A stretch of 54,072 bases of DNA from NCBI GenBank assembly GCA_031386125.1, contig JANNCC010000040.1:1-54072 (forward strand). Reading direction: 5' to 3'. Positions 45,182 through 54,072 of the stretch are shown in pieces. Under the pieces are notes generated by a model, which was given only the letters and a program-made list of their open reading frames with translations, was not told the DNA's origin and did not search any database. How positions within the stretch are numbered: position 1 is the stretch's first letter; each line of letters begins with the position of its first letter. The stretch comes from Chitinophagaceae bacterium. GTDB lineage: Bacteria; Bacteroidota; Bacteroidia; Chitinophagales; Chitinophagaceae. The translations under genes were made by a program, and so were the position numbers.

Positions 45182-45997
45182 TTATTTGGTAGAAAGATAA
45201 TTATAGTCTTTCAGCAGCACATCCAGAAAGTCGAACGGCGACATGTCTGATTCAATCTTCAGGTGGGCCTTTATTTTATAACAGGCTGCTTCAGCCATAC
45301 TGAAATCATCTTTTTTACGGGCAGTTTCTAAAATGCTTTTAATGGCATTGATGTCTTTATCACTCAACTGCATTATTTGCGGAAAGGAAGGAACATAACT
45401 GTCTGCCACATCTATAAACACGGTGTCTTCAATATTACTTTTCGTATTAATCCGGATTAGGATTGTTTTCGCCAATATATCACCGATACGCTGCCCTTTT
45501 TTAGAAGAAACAACGAGAACAATATCGGTTATTAGAAATCCTAATGCCGCCAAAACGACAAAAGTAGTTTCCATATCACGGCCAAGGTCAGGATCGCTGA
45601 TAATTATAATAAGAAGAATAGCAATCCAAAGATCCGAAACCCGCAGTAACCAACGGATAAGAAATTGGCTGATGCTGGGCCGGCCACCAATTTCATTTAC
45701 CACCCGGATACCCATCACTTTTTTGCCAATGCTTTGGCCATTCATGGTTACTTCCATCAAAATATGGTAAAGCAGTACCGGCAAAAGCAGCAATAGGCCA
45801 ACAGCCTGCAGGTTGTATTGAGTATCGGTGTCCCAGCCGCTGTTTGCTGCGATGCTTTTGTATATCTCCCCGGCTATCCGCAGGTAGAAATATTCAATGA
45901 CCACATCAATAAGAAGGGAAACCAGTCTCCTGTAAAATTCCGGAATCTCAAATTCTACGTCAATATTAAAGTTGGTAGGTACTTTTATTACCGCCAT
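45182..45997 (-). CDS. RDD family protein
   Basis: RRLVSLLID, GQSIGKKVMGIRVV, QRIGDILAKT. Confidence 0.92.
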   Translation of the reverse strand: MAVIKVPTNFNIDVEFEIPEFYRRLVSLLIDVVIEYFYLRIAGEIYKSIAANSGWDTDTQYNLQAVGLLLLLPVLLYHILMEVTMNGQSIGKKVMGIRVVNEIGGRPSISQFLIRWLLRVSDLWIAILLIIIISDPDLGRDMETTFVVLAALGFLITDIVLVVSSKKGQRIGDILAKTILIRINTKSNIEDTVFIDVADSYVPSFPQIMQLSDKDINAIKSILETARKKDDFSMAEAACYKIKAHLKIESDMSPFDFLDVLLKDYNYLSTK

Positions 45998-46109
45998 TAG
46001 CCGGGTTCTTGTTTAAGGGTTCAAATTAATTGTTTTTTAGCTAATTAAATTTTGAACCACTGCTTTTATCTTTTATAAATGCAGTATTTTACAACCCAAA
46101 GAACCGATT

Positions 46110-47078
46110 TTGAGGGAAGCTCTGTTTATAAAAAAGAATAAAGACCGCTGGCTGAGGAACCAGCACATGCCTTCTGACGATCCCGACGAGATGGCGACCG
46201 ATTTTACCCAACTGGTGGATGACCTTGCGTATGCTAAAACGTTCTATCCGTCTGGAAAAGTAACAGGATTTATTAATTCGCAGGCATCTAAGATTTATCT
46301 TGATATATATAAGAACAGGAAAGAAGAATCGAACCGCCTCGTTACTTTTTGGAAATATGATTTGCCGTTGACTATCCGTAAGCATCACAGAGTTGTTTTA
46401 TTTGCATTTATCTTTTTCCTTATTTTTTTTGTTATTGGTTTTTTTACCTCTGCAAAAGATGAAGGAATTGCCCGGGGTATCTTCGGTGAAGAATATGTTG
46501 ATGATACCCAGGAGAATATTGCTAAAGGAAATCCGTTTGGTGTGTATGAACATGGCAATGCTTTTTTAAGCTGGATAAGCCTGATGATACATAATATCAG
46601 GGTGTCGTTTCTCATGTTTATTTCGGGAATTTTTTGCGGCATACCTAGCTTATTCATGTCAATAAAAAATGCTGTGATGCTCGGCACATTTGATCAGTTC
46701 TTTGCTGCAAGGGGTTTTGGCATTGATTTCTGGTTAGTCGTTTTTGTACATGGCACATTAGAAATAACAGGTATCATACTGGCAAGTGCTGCGGGGTTGG
46801 TTTTGGGGAAAAGTTTTTTGTTTCCTGGTACCATCCGGAGAATTGATGCATTTAAGCAGGGAGCAAAAGACGGAGTAAAAATAATGATTGGTCTTTTGCC
46901 TGTCTTTGCACTCGCTGCTTTCTTTGAAGGATTTATTACCCGGTTGTACAATGACATATCCATTCTTACCACCATCATTTTTGCATTATCGGTCATATTT
47001 GTTGTATGGTATTTCATTATTTACCCCATACAGCTCGGCAGAAAATTATCATTACAACTAAACGAGGAGGAAGTATAA
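46110..47078 (+). CDS. Stage II sporulation protein M (DUF95) family membrane protein
   Basis: MREALFIKKN..RW, DDLAYAKTFYP, HGTLEI, AAFFEGFIT. Confidence 0.9.
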   Translation: MREALFIKKNKDRWLRNQHMPSDDPDEMATDFTQLVDDLAYAKTFYPSGKVTGFINSQASKIYLDIYKNRKEESNRLVTFWKYDLPLTIRKHHRVVLFAFIFFLIFFVIGFFTSAKDEGIARGIFGEEYVDDTQENIAKGNPFGVYEHGNAFLSWISLMIHNIRVSFLMFISGIFCGIPSLFMSIKNAVMLGTFDQFFAARGFGIDFWLVVFVHGTLEITGIILASAAGLVLGKSFLFPGTIRRIDAFKQGAKDGVKIMIGLLPVFALAAFFEGFITRLYNDISILTTIIFALSVIFVVWYFIIYPIQLGRKLSLQLNEEEV

Positions 47079-47972
47079 GTGCTGAAGACATTCAATAAAA
47101 ATATTCCTGTATTAGTTCTCGGCAAAACAGTATTGATTTTCGGGTTACTGTTTTTTTCTTTCCTCTCAGCTGCGCAGGAGGATGAAAAGAAGGTAACTGT
47201 GATTGTTGACTCAGTAGAAATGATGCAGCCACCGGAAGAAGAAACAGAAGTGGATGTCAGCAGTACAGCTAATAAATATTTTTATGCAAAAGGGGACACC
47301 CTTTCGGTGGAGCAGCGAAATCTTCCCGGTGATGTAGTCAAAAAAATGAAAGAGGACGAAGATTTCTGGTATGCGAATGCTGATATAAAGCAAAAAAAAT
47401 CCAAAGAGCAGGTTCAGTATGAAAGAGAGCAGGGGCAAAAAGGGCAGAAAGGGAAAAATGAACAAACAATAAAGGAGCAACAACAAACCGATACTTATAC
47501 ACCGGTTGGTCAGCGGTCATGGTTTCAGATTTTATTATGGATTGTTATCCTGATTGTGTTTGTCGGCGGATTGATAATGTATCTCGGTGGAAGTAAAGTA
47601 GGATTATTCAGAAAAAAAAATGTGATGACCGGGGATGGGGTGGAAGAGGACGTAATTACGGAAGATATTTTTGCTATCAATTATCAGAAGGAAATTGATA
47701 AGGCCGCTGCACAGGGTAACTACCGGGTGGCCATCCGCCTCATGTTTTTGCGGGTATTAAAAAACATGTCAGAGAAAAACATTATCCGCTACAAGCAGGA
47801 TAAAACCAATCTCGACTACCTGATGGAACTACATCCTACTGCTTACTACAACAACTTTTTCCGCATTACCAGAAACTATGAGTACAGTTGGTACGGACAA
47901 TTTAATGTAAGTGAAGAAGCTTACAAAGTAATAAGAGGGGAGTTTGACCAGTTTGACAAAACTGTAAGATAA
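47079..47972 (+). CDS. DUF4129 domain membrane protein
   Basis: GNYRVAIRLMFL, DKTNLDYLMEL, YEYSWYG motifs. Confidence 0.8.
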   Translation: MLKTFNKNIPVLVLGKTVLIFGLLFFSFLSAAQEDEKKVTVIVDSVEMMQPPEEETEVDVSSTANKYFYAKGDTLSVEQRNLPGDVVKKMKEDEDFWYANADIKQKKSKEQVQYEREQGQKGQKGKNEQTIKEQQQTDTYTPVGQRSWFQILLWIVILIVFVGGLIMYLGGSKVGLFRKKNVMTGDGVEEDVITEDIFAINYQKEIDKAAAQGNYRVAIRLMFLRVLKNMSEKNIIRYKQDKTNLDYLMELHPTAYYNNFFRITRNYEYSWYGQFNVSEEAYKVIRGEFDQFDKTVR

Positions 47973-47975
47973 ATA

Positions 47976-49226
47976 GTGAAAAAGTATATACCATATATTC
48001 TTGCGTTGTTGCTTGCCGGGGCATTAGTGGCTTTTTTTGTTACCGGTAGTAATAAAAGAGAAAAGCAGCTGAATGAAAGGATAACGCTGCGCAAACAGGA
48101 CAAAATTCCTTATGGTACTTATGTAGCGTATAAAGGACTTGAGAATATTTTTCCCAATGCGGCTATTTATTCTAACAAGTATGAACCGGGTTATTGGGAT
48201 TCACTTTCTAGTTACGAATCAGATCAGGCATTAATTATTATCACAGGTAAGTTTAATGCAGACGAAAGTGAAATGAAAAAACTGATTTCTTTTGTTGAAA
48301 AGGGTAATGATGTATTTGTAAGTGCCAGAACAATTTCTTACTTAGCAGGCGATATGATGGACTGCCGGGTTTATGACTATGATATTTCCTCTTATACCGA
48401 TAAGGCAGTAGTAACAAAAGATAGCCTGGATGTTTATTTAAACACTCCACCTTTTGGAAAGCAAACTAACTATTCATATCCCGGCAGAAAGCTCGATGCT
48501 TATTTTTCACTGATTAACGATAAAACCACCGAGGTTTTAGGAGAAAATGAATTGGGCAGGCCAAACTTTATCCGGTTGCGGGCCGGGCAGGGAAATTTAT
48601 TTATTCATCTGGCTCCGCTTGCTTTCACCAATTATTTTTTACTGCATAAGGATAATATCAATTATTATGAAAAGGCATTTTCCGTCATCAACCCTGCTAC
48701 CACAAAAGTGGTGTGGGATGAATATTATCTCAATAAAAAAATGCTGAATGATAACAATGATAGTAAGAAAGGCTGGTTCAGTGTGCTGATGAATACGAAA
48801 AATAGTGACGGGAAAAAACCTTTCAGAGCCGCTTTCTGGTTAGCGATTTTGCTGTTGCTGTTGTATGTGCTGCTGGAAATGCGAAGAAAACAGCGTTTCA
48901 TTCCGGCGATAAAAAAGCCAAGAAACGATTCAATGGATTTTGTAAAAACGATTGGCCGGTTATATTTTGATAAAGGGGATCATAAAAACCTTTGCCGTAA
49001 AATGTCAGCCTATTTTCTGGAACATGTCCGTAATAAATATAAATTACTGACCGGTTCGCTGGATGATGAGTTTGTTAAGAAACTGCAATACAAATCAGGT
49101 GTGGAAGAATATGAGGTCCGGGGTATTGTTTCTTTCATAAAATATGTTGATGACGCACCGGGTATCAGCCATAAAGAGTTAACAGATTTTCATAAACAAT
49201 TAGAATCATTTTATAATAAAGCATAG
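47976..49226 (+). CDS. DUF4350 domain membrane protein
   Basis: DKIPYGTYV, FVEKGNDVFVSA, PLAFTNYFLL, RRKQRFIP, FVKTIGRLY. Confidence 0.8.
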   Translation: MKKYIPYILALLLAGALVAFFVTGSNKREKQLNERITLRKQDKIPYGTYVAYKGLENIFPNAAIYSNKYEPGYWDSLSSYESDQALIIITGKFNADESEMKKLISFVEKGNDVFVSARTISYLAGDMMDCRVYDYDISSYTDKAVVTKDSLDVYLNTPPFGKQTNYSYPGRKLDAYFSLINDKTTEVLGENELGRPNFIRLRAGQGNLFIHLAPLAFTNYFLLHKDNINYYEKAFSVINPATTKVVWDEYYLNKKMLNDNNDSKKGWFSVLMNTKNSDGKKPFRAAFWLAILLLLLYVLLEMRRKQRFIPAIKKPRNDSMDFVKTIGRLYFDKGDHKNLCRKMSAYFLEHVRNKYKLLTGSLDDEFVKKLQYKSGVEEYEVRGIVSFIKYVDDAPGISHKELTDFHKQLESFYNKA

Positions 49227-49265
49227 CCTCACCCCCGAAGCCCTCTTCATTTATGGAGAAGGGGA
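49227..49265. repeat. REP-like GC-rich hairpin
   Basis: CCTCACCCCC..CCCTCTTCAT-TT-ATGGAGAAGGGG between DUF4350 and MoxR genes. Confidence 0.5.
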
Positions 49266-49291
49266 GAAGGAATAAAATACAGATATATAAT

Positions 49292-50269
49292 ATGGAAGAA
49301 CAAATTTTTCAACAACGCACCGACCTCACAGCATTAAATAATGCAGTACTATCCATCCGCAATGAAATTAAAAAAATCATCGTAGGTCAGGATGAAATGG
49401 TAAAACTAATTATTGCAGCCTTGCTGGCCGATGGCCATGTATTAATTGAAGGAGTTCCTGGTGTTGCAAAAACCTTAACTGCAAAACTGGTAGCTAAAAG
49501 TGTGAATGCAGGCTTTTCCCGCATTCAGTTTACTCCAGACCTGATGCCTTCCGATGTACTCGGCACTCCTATTTTTAATCCAAGAGAAGCAAGTTTTGAA
49601 TTTAAAAAAGGACCGATATTCAGCAACATTGTGCTGGTAGATGAAATTAACAGGGCGCCGGCAAAAACCCAGTCAGCGTTACTGGAGATTATGGAAGAAA
49701 GGCAGGCAACAGTGGATGGTAAAACATATCCGATGGCGCAACCGTTTATGGTGCTGGCTACGCAAAATCCAGTGGAGCAAGAGGGTACTTATAGGTTACC
49801 CGAAGCTCAACTGGATCGGTTTCTTTTTAAGATTCTTGTTCCTTACCCCACCGAGTCTGAAGAGTTGGGTATCCTTACACAATTCAATAGTATGGGAAAC
49901 ACCAGGGCATTGGATCTGATAACGCCTGCATTGGATGCACAGCAGGTGGCTTCCTTACGACAGCAGGTAAAAACACAATTGATAGAAGAAAAACTCTTAC
50001 AATTTATTGCCAAACTCATTCACCAGACCAGAAACCATAAATCAATTTTTCTTGGTGCTTCGCCAAGAGCATCATTAGCCATTATGAATGCATCAAAAGC
50101 AATGGCCGCCATGCAGGGAAGAGATTTTGTGACACCGGAAGATATTTTAGCGGTAGTGCCGCCGGTGCTCAGGCACCGCATTATCCTTTCGCCTGATAAA
50201 GAGATGGAAGGAATAACAGAAGATGATGTGATTAAGCAGATAATACAGGGGATGGATGTGCCGAGGTAA
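49292..50269 (+). CDS. MoxR family AAA+ ATPase (start reassigned to 49292)
   Basis: EGVPGVAKT, RIQFTPDLMPSD, DEINRAPAKTQ, ATQNPVEQEGTY.LPEAQLDRF, GASPRA. Confidence 0.96.
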   Translation: MEEQIFQQRTDLTALNNAVLSIRNEIKKIIVGQDEMVKLIIAALLADGHVLIEGVPGVAKTLTAKLVAKSVNAGFSRIQFTPDLMPSDVLGTPIFNPREASFEFKKGPIFSNIVLVDEINRAPAKTQSALLEIMEERQATVDGKTYPMAQPFMVLATQNPVEQEGTYRLPEAQLDRFLFKILVPYPTESEELGILTQFNSMGNTRALDLITPALDAQQVASLRQQVKTQLIEEKLLQFIAKLIHQTRNHKSIFLGASPRASLAIMNASKAMAAMQGRDFVTPEDILAVVPPVLRHRIILSPDKEMEGITEDDVIKQIIQGMDVPR

Positions 50270-50275
50270 AGAGAA

Positions 50276-50305
50276 GTTCATGGTTGATGGTTCATAGCAT
50301 ATAGC
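50276..50305. repeat. Heptamer tandem array, upstream arm of four-helix-bundle element 2
   Basis: GTTCATG GTTGATG GTTCATA GCATATA GC. Confidence 0.8.
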
Positions 50306-50325
50306 AGAGTCTTTATAAATTTATT

Positions 50326-50676
50326 ATGGCATTCAGGTTTGAGGAATTGAAAGTATGGCATATTGCGGCTGATTTATCAAATGAGATTGATTTGCTGGCA
50401 AAGACATTTGCAATTGAAGAACGATATAGTTTAGCATCTCAAATGAAAAGAGCCGCAGACTCTGTAGTATTAAACATTGCAGAGGGAAGTACGGGGCAAA
50501 CAGTTCCTGAGTTTAAACGGTTTCTGAATATTGGCTTAAGGTCGGCTGTAGAGGTAGTTGCTTGCCTTTATTTAGCAAGGAAAAGAAAATATATTGATGA
50601 TGTAGCATATCAAAAACATTATGATGGGTATGAAATACTCTGCAAAATGATAACAAAGCTTCGCAGCTCAATGTAG
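50326..50676 (+). CDS. Four helix bundle protein (23S rRNA IVS / Avd-like family)
   Basis: FEELKVW, EERYSLASQMKRAADSVVLNIAEG, EFKRFLNIGLRSAVEV signature. Confidence 0.94.
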   Translation: MAFRFEELKVWHIAADLSNEIDLLAKTFAIEERYSLASQMKRAADSVVLNIAEGSTGQTVPEFKRFLNIGLRSAVEVVACLYLARKRKYIDDVAYQKHYDGYEILCKMITKLRSSM

Positions 50677-50682
50677 GTTGCG

Positions 50683-50699
50683 GCTATGAACTATGAACC
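50683..50699. repeat. Heptamer array, downstream arm of four-helix-bundle element 2
   Basis: G CTATGAA CTATGAA CC; reverse complement GGTTCATAGTTCATAGC matches 50282-50298 at 15/17. Confidence 0.8.
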
Positions 50700-52026
50700 T
50701 GTGATTAAAAGCTTCTACCTGAACAACATCGTTTACTACATCGCCGGATCGGCGGCTGTAGTATTTGTCATTAGCTACTTTCAGCCTGCCATGTATCGTA
50801 TTGGTGGTTTGATTTTATTGCTGCTTGCCATTGCCGTTGTACTCGATGCTATTTTAGTGTACAGTAATAAAAAAGGGATTGATGCCCAAAGAATTGTTTC
50901 CGACCGGTTCAGCATCGGCGATTCAAACAAAGTATTAATTAATCTTACTAACAAATATGGATTTTCTGTCCACACAAGTATCATTGATGAATTGCCAATT
51001 CAATTCCAGGAGAGAAAATGGATACGTAAAGCAGTGATTGCCAGTAATGCTGAATATCAATTAGAGTATTCATTAAAGCCAACTACAAGAGGAGAGTTTG
51101 TTTTTGATGATATAAATGTATTTGTTCATGCACCTTTACAATTAGTTAAGCGGAGATATATATTCCCGGCCCATGAAGTAGTAAAAGTATATCCGTCTTA
51201 TATGCAAATGCGGCGTTACCAGTTACTGGCAGTAAGTAACCGGCTACAGGAAGCTGGAGTAAAAAAAATCCGGAAGATCGGACATAGCATGGAGTTTGAA
51301 CAAATCAAAGAATACGTAATAGGAGATGATTACCGCACTATCAACTGGAAAGCTACAGCCCGTAAAGAGGGGCTGATGGTGAATAACTATACCGATGAAA
51401 GAAGCCAGCAGATTTATTGTCTTATAAATAAAGGCCGGGTAATGAAGATGCCTTTTGGCGGTCTCACATTACTGGACTATGCCATCAATGCCTCATTGGT
51501 ATTGTCCAACGTAGCACTAGGAAGACAGGATAAGGCAGGTATTATCACTTTTGAAAAAAATCTCGATACTTTTCTGCCGGCAGATAAGAAGTCAACACAA
51601 ATGAACCTGATACTGGAAAGCCTGTACCGGCAGAAAACAGATTTCCTGGAATCGGATTTCGAGAAATTATTTTCTGTTATCCGTAACAGGGTCACTAACC
51701 GCAGCTTACTGGTACTGTTTACCAACTTCGAATCATTAGAAAGCCTGCAGAGGGAAATGACAGCACTTAAGAAAATAGCCAAGTATCATTTACTGCTGAT
51801 TGTCTTTTTTGAGAATACCGAATTAAAATCGCTGCTGGAAGGAAAAACTGTTTCGCTGGAAGATATTTATATAAAGACTATTGCAGAAAAATTTGCTTAT
51901 GAAAAAAGGCTGATGGTAAAGGAACTTCATAAGAATGGCATTCCTTCCATACTCACTACGCCGGAAAACCTTACCATTAATACTATCAACAAATATCTGG
52001 AGTTGAAAACAAGGATGTCTATATAG
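50686..52026 (+). CDS. DUF58 domain protein (MoxR partner); start 50686 or GTG 50701
   Basis: GHSMEFEQIKEYV.GDDYRTINWKATAR, TLLDYAINA, RSLLVLFTNFE. Confidence 0.92.
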   Translation: MNYEPVIKSFYLNNIVYYIAGSAAVVFVISYFQPAMYRIGGLILLLLAIAVVLDAILVYSNKKGIDAQRIVSDRFSIGDSNKVLINLTNKYGFSVHTSIIDELPIQFQERKWIRKAVIASNAEYQLEYSLKPTTRGEFVFDDINVFVHAPLQLVKRRYIFPAHEVVKVYPSYMQMRRYQLLAVSNRLQEAGVKKIRKIGHSMEFEQIKEYVIGDDYRTINWKATARKEGLMVNNYTDERSQQIYCLINKGRVMKMPFGGLTLLDYAINASLVLSNVALGRQDKAGIITFEKNLDTFLPADKKSTQMNLILESLYRQKTDFLESDFEKLFSVIRNRVTNRSLLVLFTNFESLESLQREMTALKKIAKYHLLLIVFFENTELKSLLEGKTVSLEDIYIKTIAEKFAYEKRLMVKELHKNGIPSILTTPENLTINTINKYLELKTRMSI

Positions 52027-52072
52027 GCATCTGGCCGCTAACCTGATTTTAATTCATTGATTATACTTGCCT

Positions 52073-52138
52073 GCGGCCTGATGCGTAACACAGACACTGT
52101 CGCATCAAAATTTTTAAATAGCGGTCTGATGCGTAACA
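52073..52138. repeat. 18-bp direct repeat with internal inverted arm
   Basis: GCGGCCTGATGCGTAACA (52073-52090) and GCGGTCTGATGCGTAACA (52121-52138), with CGCATCA (52101-52107) between. Confidence 0.75.
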
Positions 52139-52156
52139 AGCTTTACATTTGAACCA

Positions 52157-52843
52157 ATGAATTATTCCAAAGAAGACTTTGAACAGGGCCAGATGTTGCT
52201 TATCAATAAACCTCTTGAATGGACATCATTCGATGTGGTACAAAAACTCCGCTACATTATTAAGATAAAAAAAATCGGACATGCCGGCACATTGGACCCA
52301 TTGGCAACAGGCCTGCTGATTATCTGTACTGGTAAGTTTACTAAAAAGATAAATGAATATATGGCGCAGGAAAAGGAATACACCGGCACTTTTACCCTGG
52401 GTGCCACTACGCCGACCTATGATCTGGAAAGTGAGCCGGAAAATTTAAAACCATTTGAGCATATCACGGAAGAAAAAATAAAATCAGCTACTTCAAAATT
52501 TACAGGAGAAATTCAACAGGTACCACCGGCACACTCTGCGATTAAAGTGGGTGGCAAAAGAGTGTATGAACTGGCAAGACAAGGCAAAGAAGTAATATTA
52601 GAGCCAAGAAAAGTAACCATCAAAGAATTTGAGATTGTAAAAATTGAATTACCCGTTATTCATTTCCGGGTGGTTTGTACTACCGGCACTTATATCCGCA
52701 GTCTTGCAAAAGATTTTGGCGATGTGCTTGGTTGTGGTGCTTATCTAAGCAGTCTTTGCCGTACAAGAATAGGGGAGTTTTTAGCAGCGGATGCAGAAAC
52801 GATTGAATCCTTTCAGGAAAAAGTGAACCGGCAATCGTTATAG
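52157..52843 (+). CDS. truB: tRNA pseudouridine(55) synthase
   Basis: INKPLEWTSFDVV, KIGHAGTLDPLATG, QVPPAHSAIK, GTYIRSLA. Confidence 0.97.
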   Translation: MNYSKEDFEQGQMLLINKPLEWTSFDVVQKLRYIIKIKKIGHAGTLDPLATGLLIICTGKFTKKINEYMAQEKEYTGTFTLGATTPTYDLESEPENLKPFEHITEEKIKSATSKFTGEIQQVPPAHSAIKVGGKRVYELARQGKEVILEPRKVTIKEFEIVKIELPVIHFRVVCTTGTYIRSLAKDFGDVLGCGAYLSSLCRTRIGEFLAADAETIESFQEKVNRQSL

Positions 52844-54072
52844 AATAAAAGGGTAGCTGATACCTAACTGAAACTGGTCACCTTTTAAAAGGCTATATCC
52901 AAACCATTTGTTTTGTATCCCAAAGTTAGCAGGAGAAGGGCTTGGGTCTTTTGCTTTATAAGAATAATCCAGGCGAACAACAAAAAAACTGAAGTCAATC
53001 CGGAAGCCGGTACCAATACCAACAGCAATGTCTTTACTCAGCCTGCCGAAATTGAAAATGGATTCTGGCACCAACGGGTTAGCCGCTTTTTTCAGGAACC
53101 AAATATTTCCAATATCAGTAAACAAAGCACCTTCTATATTTATTCCAAATAGTTTGACTAATGGGAAGCGGTATTCAACATTACCTTCTATTTGTACATC
53201 GCCATATCGTTCAGGTATGCTTCCCGTTCCGGAAAATTCTTTAACTGTAGAGCCAGGTCCTAATTTTCTAAGCCCCCAGGCCCGCATACTATTAGGGCCA
53301 CCGGCAAAGTATTGTTTGAAGAAGGGAAGGTTATTTCTTTTTAAAGGATTTACAGTGGAATTAAATTCATAGCCAACACCTGTGAAAAGGCGCAGCACTA
53401 ATGCCGATTTACTAAACTTCATTTTCCTGATAAGTTCTGCATCCAATTTAATAAAGCGATAGAGATTATCATCCAGGAATTTATTACTTACAAGTCCGGC
53501 TAACAAGCCCGACATTTCTGCATTGCCACGGAAAATACTTTGCGTTTTATTTTTACTACTATTGATAGTAACACCTGCGATGATGGAAGAGATAAGCCCA
53601 TCAGTAAAAATATTTTTCAGAGAGGGGTTACTGGTAAAAAGGTCAAGTAGTTTTTGCCTCGGCTTCAAATACGAATATTCAATATTGGGTAACCGTAGAG
53701 AAAACAATGTATTCTTAGACTGAAACTCATAGCCCCATGATCCGTTTACGGTAGTAAGATTAAACAAGTCCTTCCGAAGAGTGTAACCGGCATTAAACGA
53801 TAAACTTGTCCTCAAATTTTCCTTTAATCTTTCGGGTATCCATTTCATCCGCGGAACAAGCCTGGAAAAATAAATATTATGACTTACAGAGAATTGCTGT
53901 GTTTGTATAAAACTGCTATCGCTTACTTCTATACCATAGCGAAGGCTGGTAGTAGCAATATTAGCAGCCCTTCCAAAATTGCGGTTTTGTAAACCCACAT
54001 TCACACCTATGCCGAACAGATTGCCGGAAACTGCACTCTGGTTACGGCTTCCTTCCAGGTTAGCAGTGAAGG
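52838..54072 (-). CDS. BamA/TamA (Omp85) family outer-membrane protein, 3' part
   Basis: YFAGGPNSMRAW..R.LGPG, EYRF, FTDIGNIW, GTGFRIDFSFFVVRLD, ISYPF; frame stays open to the window end. Confidence 0.9.
   Translation of the reverse strand, partial: FTANLEGSRNQSAVSGNLFGIGVNVGLQNRNFGRAANIATTSLRYGIEVSDSSFIQTQQFSVSHNIYFSRLVPRMKWIPERLKENLRTSLSFNAGYTLRKDLFNLTTVNGSWGYEFQSKNTLFSLRLPNIEYSYLKPRQKLLDLFTSNPSLKNIFTDGLISSIIAGVTINSSKNKTQSIFRGNAEMSGLLAGLVSNKFLDDNLYRFIKLDAELIRKMKFSKSALVLRLFTGVGYEFNSTVNPLKRNNLPFFKQYFAGGPNSMRAWGLRKLGPGSTVKEFSGTGSIPERYGDVQIEGNVEYRFPLVKLFGINIEGALFTDIGNIWFLKKAANPLVPESIFNFGRLSKDIAVGIGTGFRIDFSFFVVRLDYSYKAKDPSPSPANFGIQNKWFGYSLLKGDQFQLGISYPFIL

Noticed and set aside
33439-50676. Diversity-generating retroelement suggested by Avd-like proteins
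   Set aside because: No reverse transcriptase and no TR/VR pair differing at adenines seen in the window
1813-53723. Many short ORFs in the six-frame track that overlap well-supported genes, antisense or out of frame (e.g. 1813..2094, 13031..13384, 43594..44109, 53028..53372)
   Set aside because: Shadow ORFs with no recognisable motifs

Overview
A 54 kb, gene-dense chromosomal segment from a Bacteroidota bacterium, probably Chitinophagaceae-like (T9SS PorQ, TAnnTTTG promoters, Bacteroidota-type proS and ParAB). Housekeeping genes include dapB, parAB, lon, porQ, an M42 peptidase, tRNA-Leu(CAA), hscB, tsaD, proS, truB and a partial BamA/TamA gene. It also carries an ArsR-controlled VOC/SRPBCC operon and a MoxR/DUF58 cluster. 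Four things stand out. (1) An ECF sigma / TPR anti-sigma / membrane-anchored TPR-CHAT protease locus with two lipoproteins; a bipartite motif GGTTACA-N16-TYAC occurs at four sites, including upstream of the sigma gene and of a porin 13 kb away. (2) Two four-helix-bundle (23S IVS/Avd-like) genes, each inserted in an operon and bracketed by inverted arrays of degenerate 7- or 8-nt tandem repeats, with orphan heptamer arrays elsewhere, some inside coding sequences. (3) A 55-aa YIDPGSGS membrane peptide missing from the ORF track, translationally coupled to a kinase-like/methyltransferase fusion (NoeA-like), a sulfatase-like membrane protein and a PIG-L deacetylase. (4) A small accessory patch (37.7-40.1 kb) with attC-like hairpins around an AT-rich esterase gene. 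All calls come from reading sequence and motifs by eye; no database searches were run.
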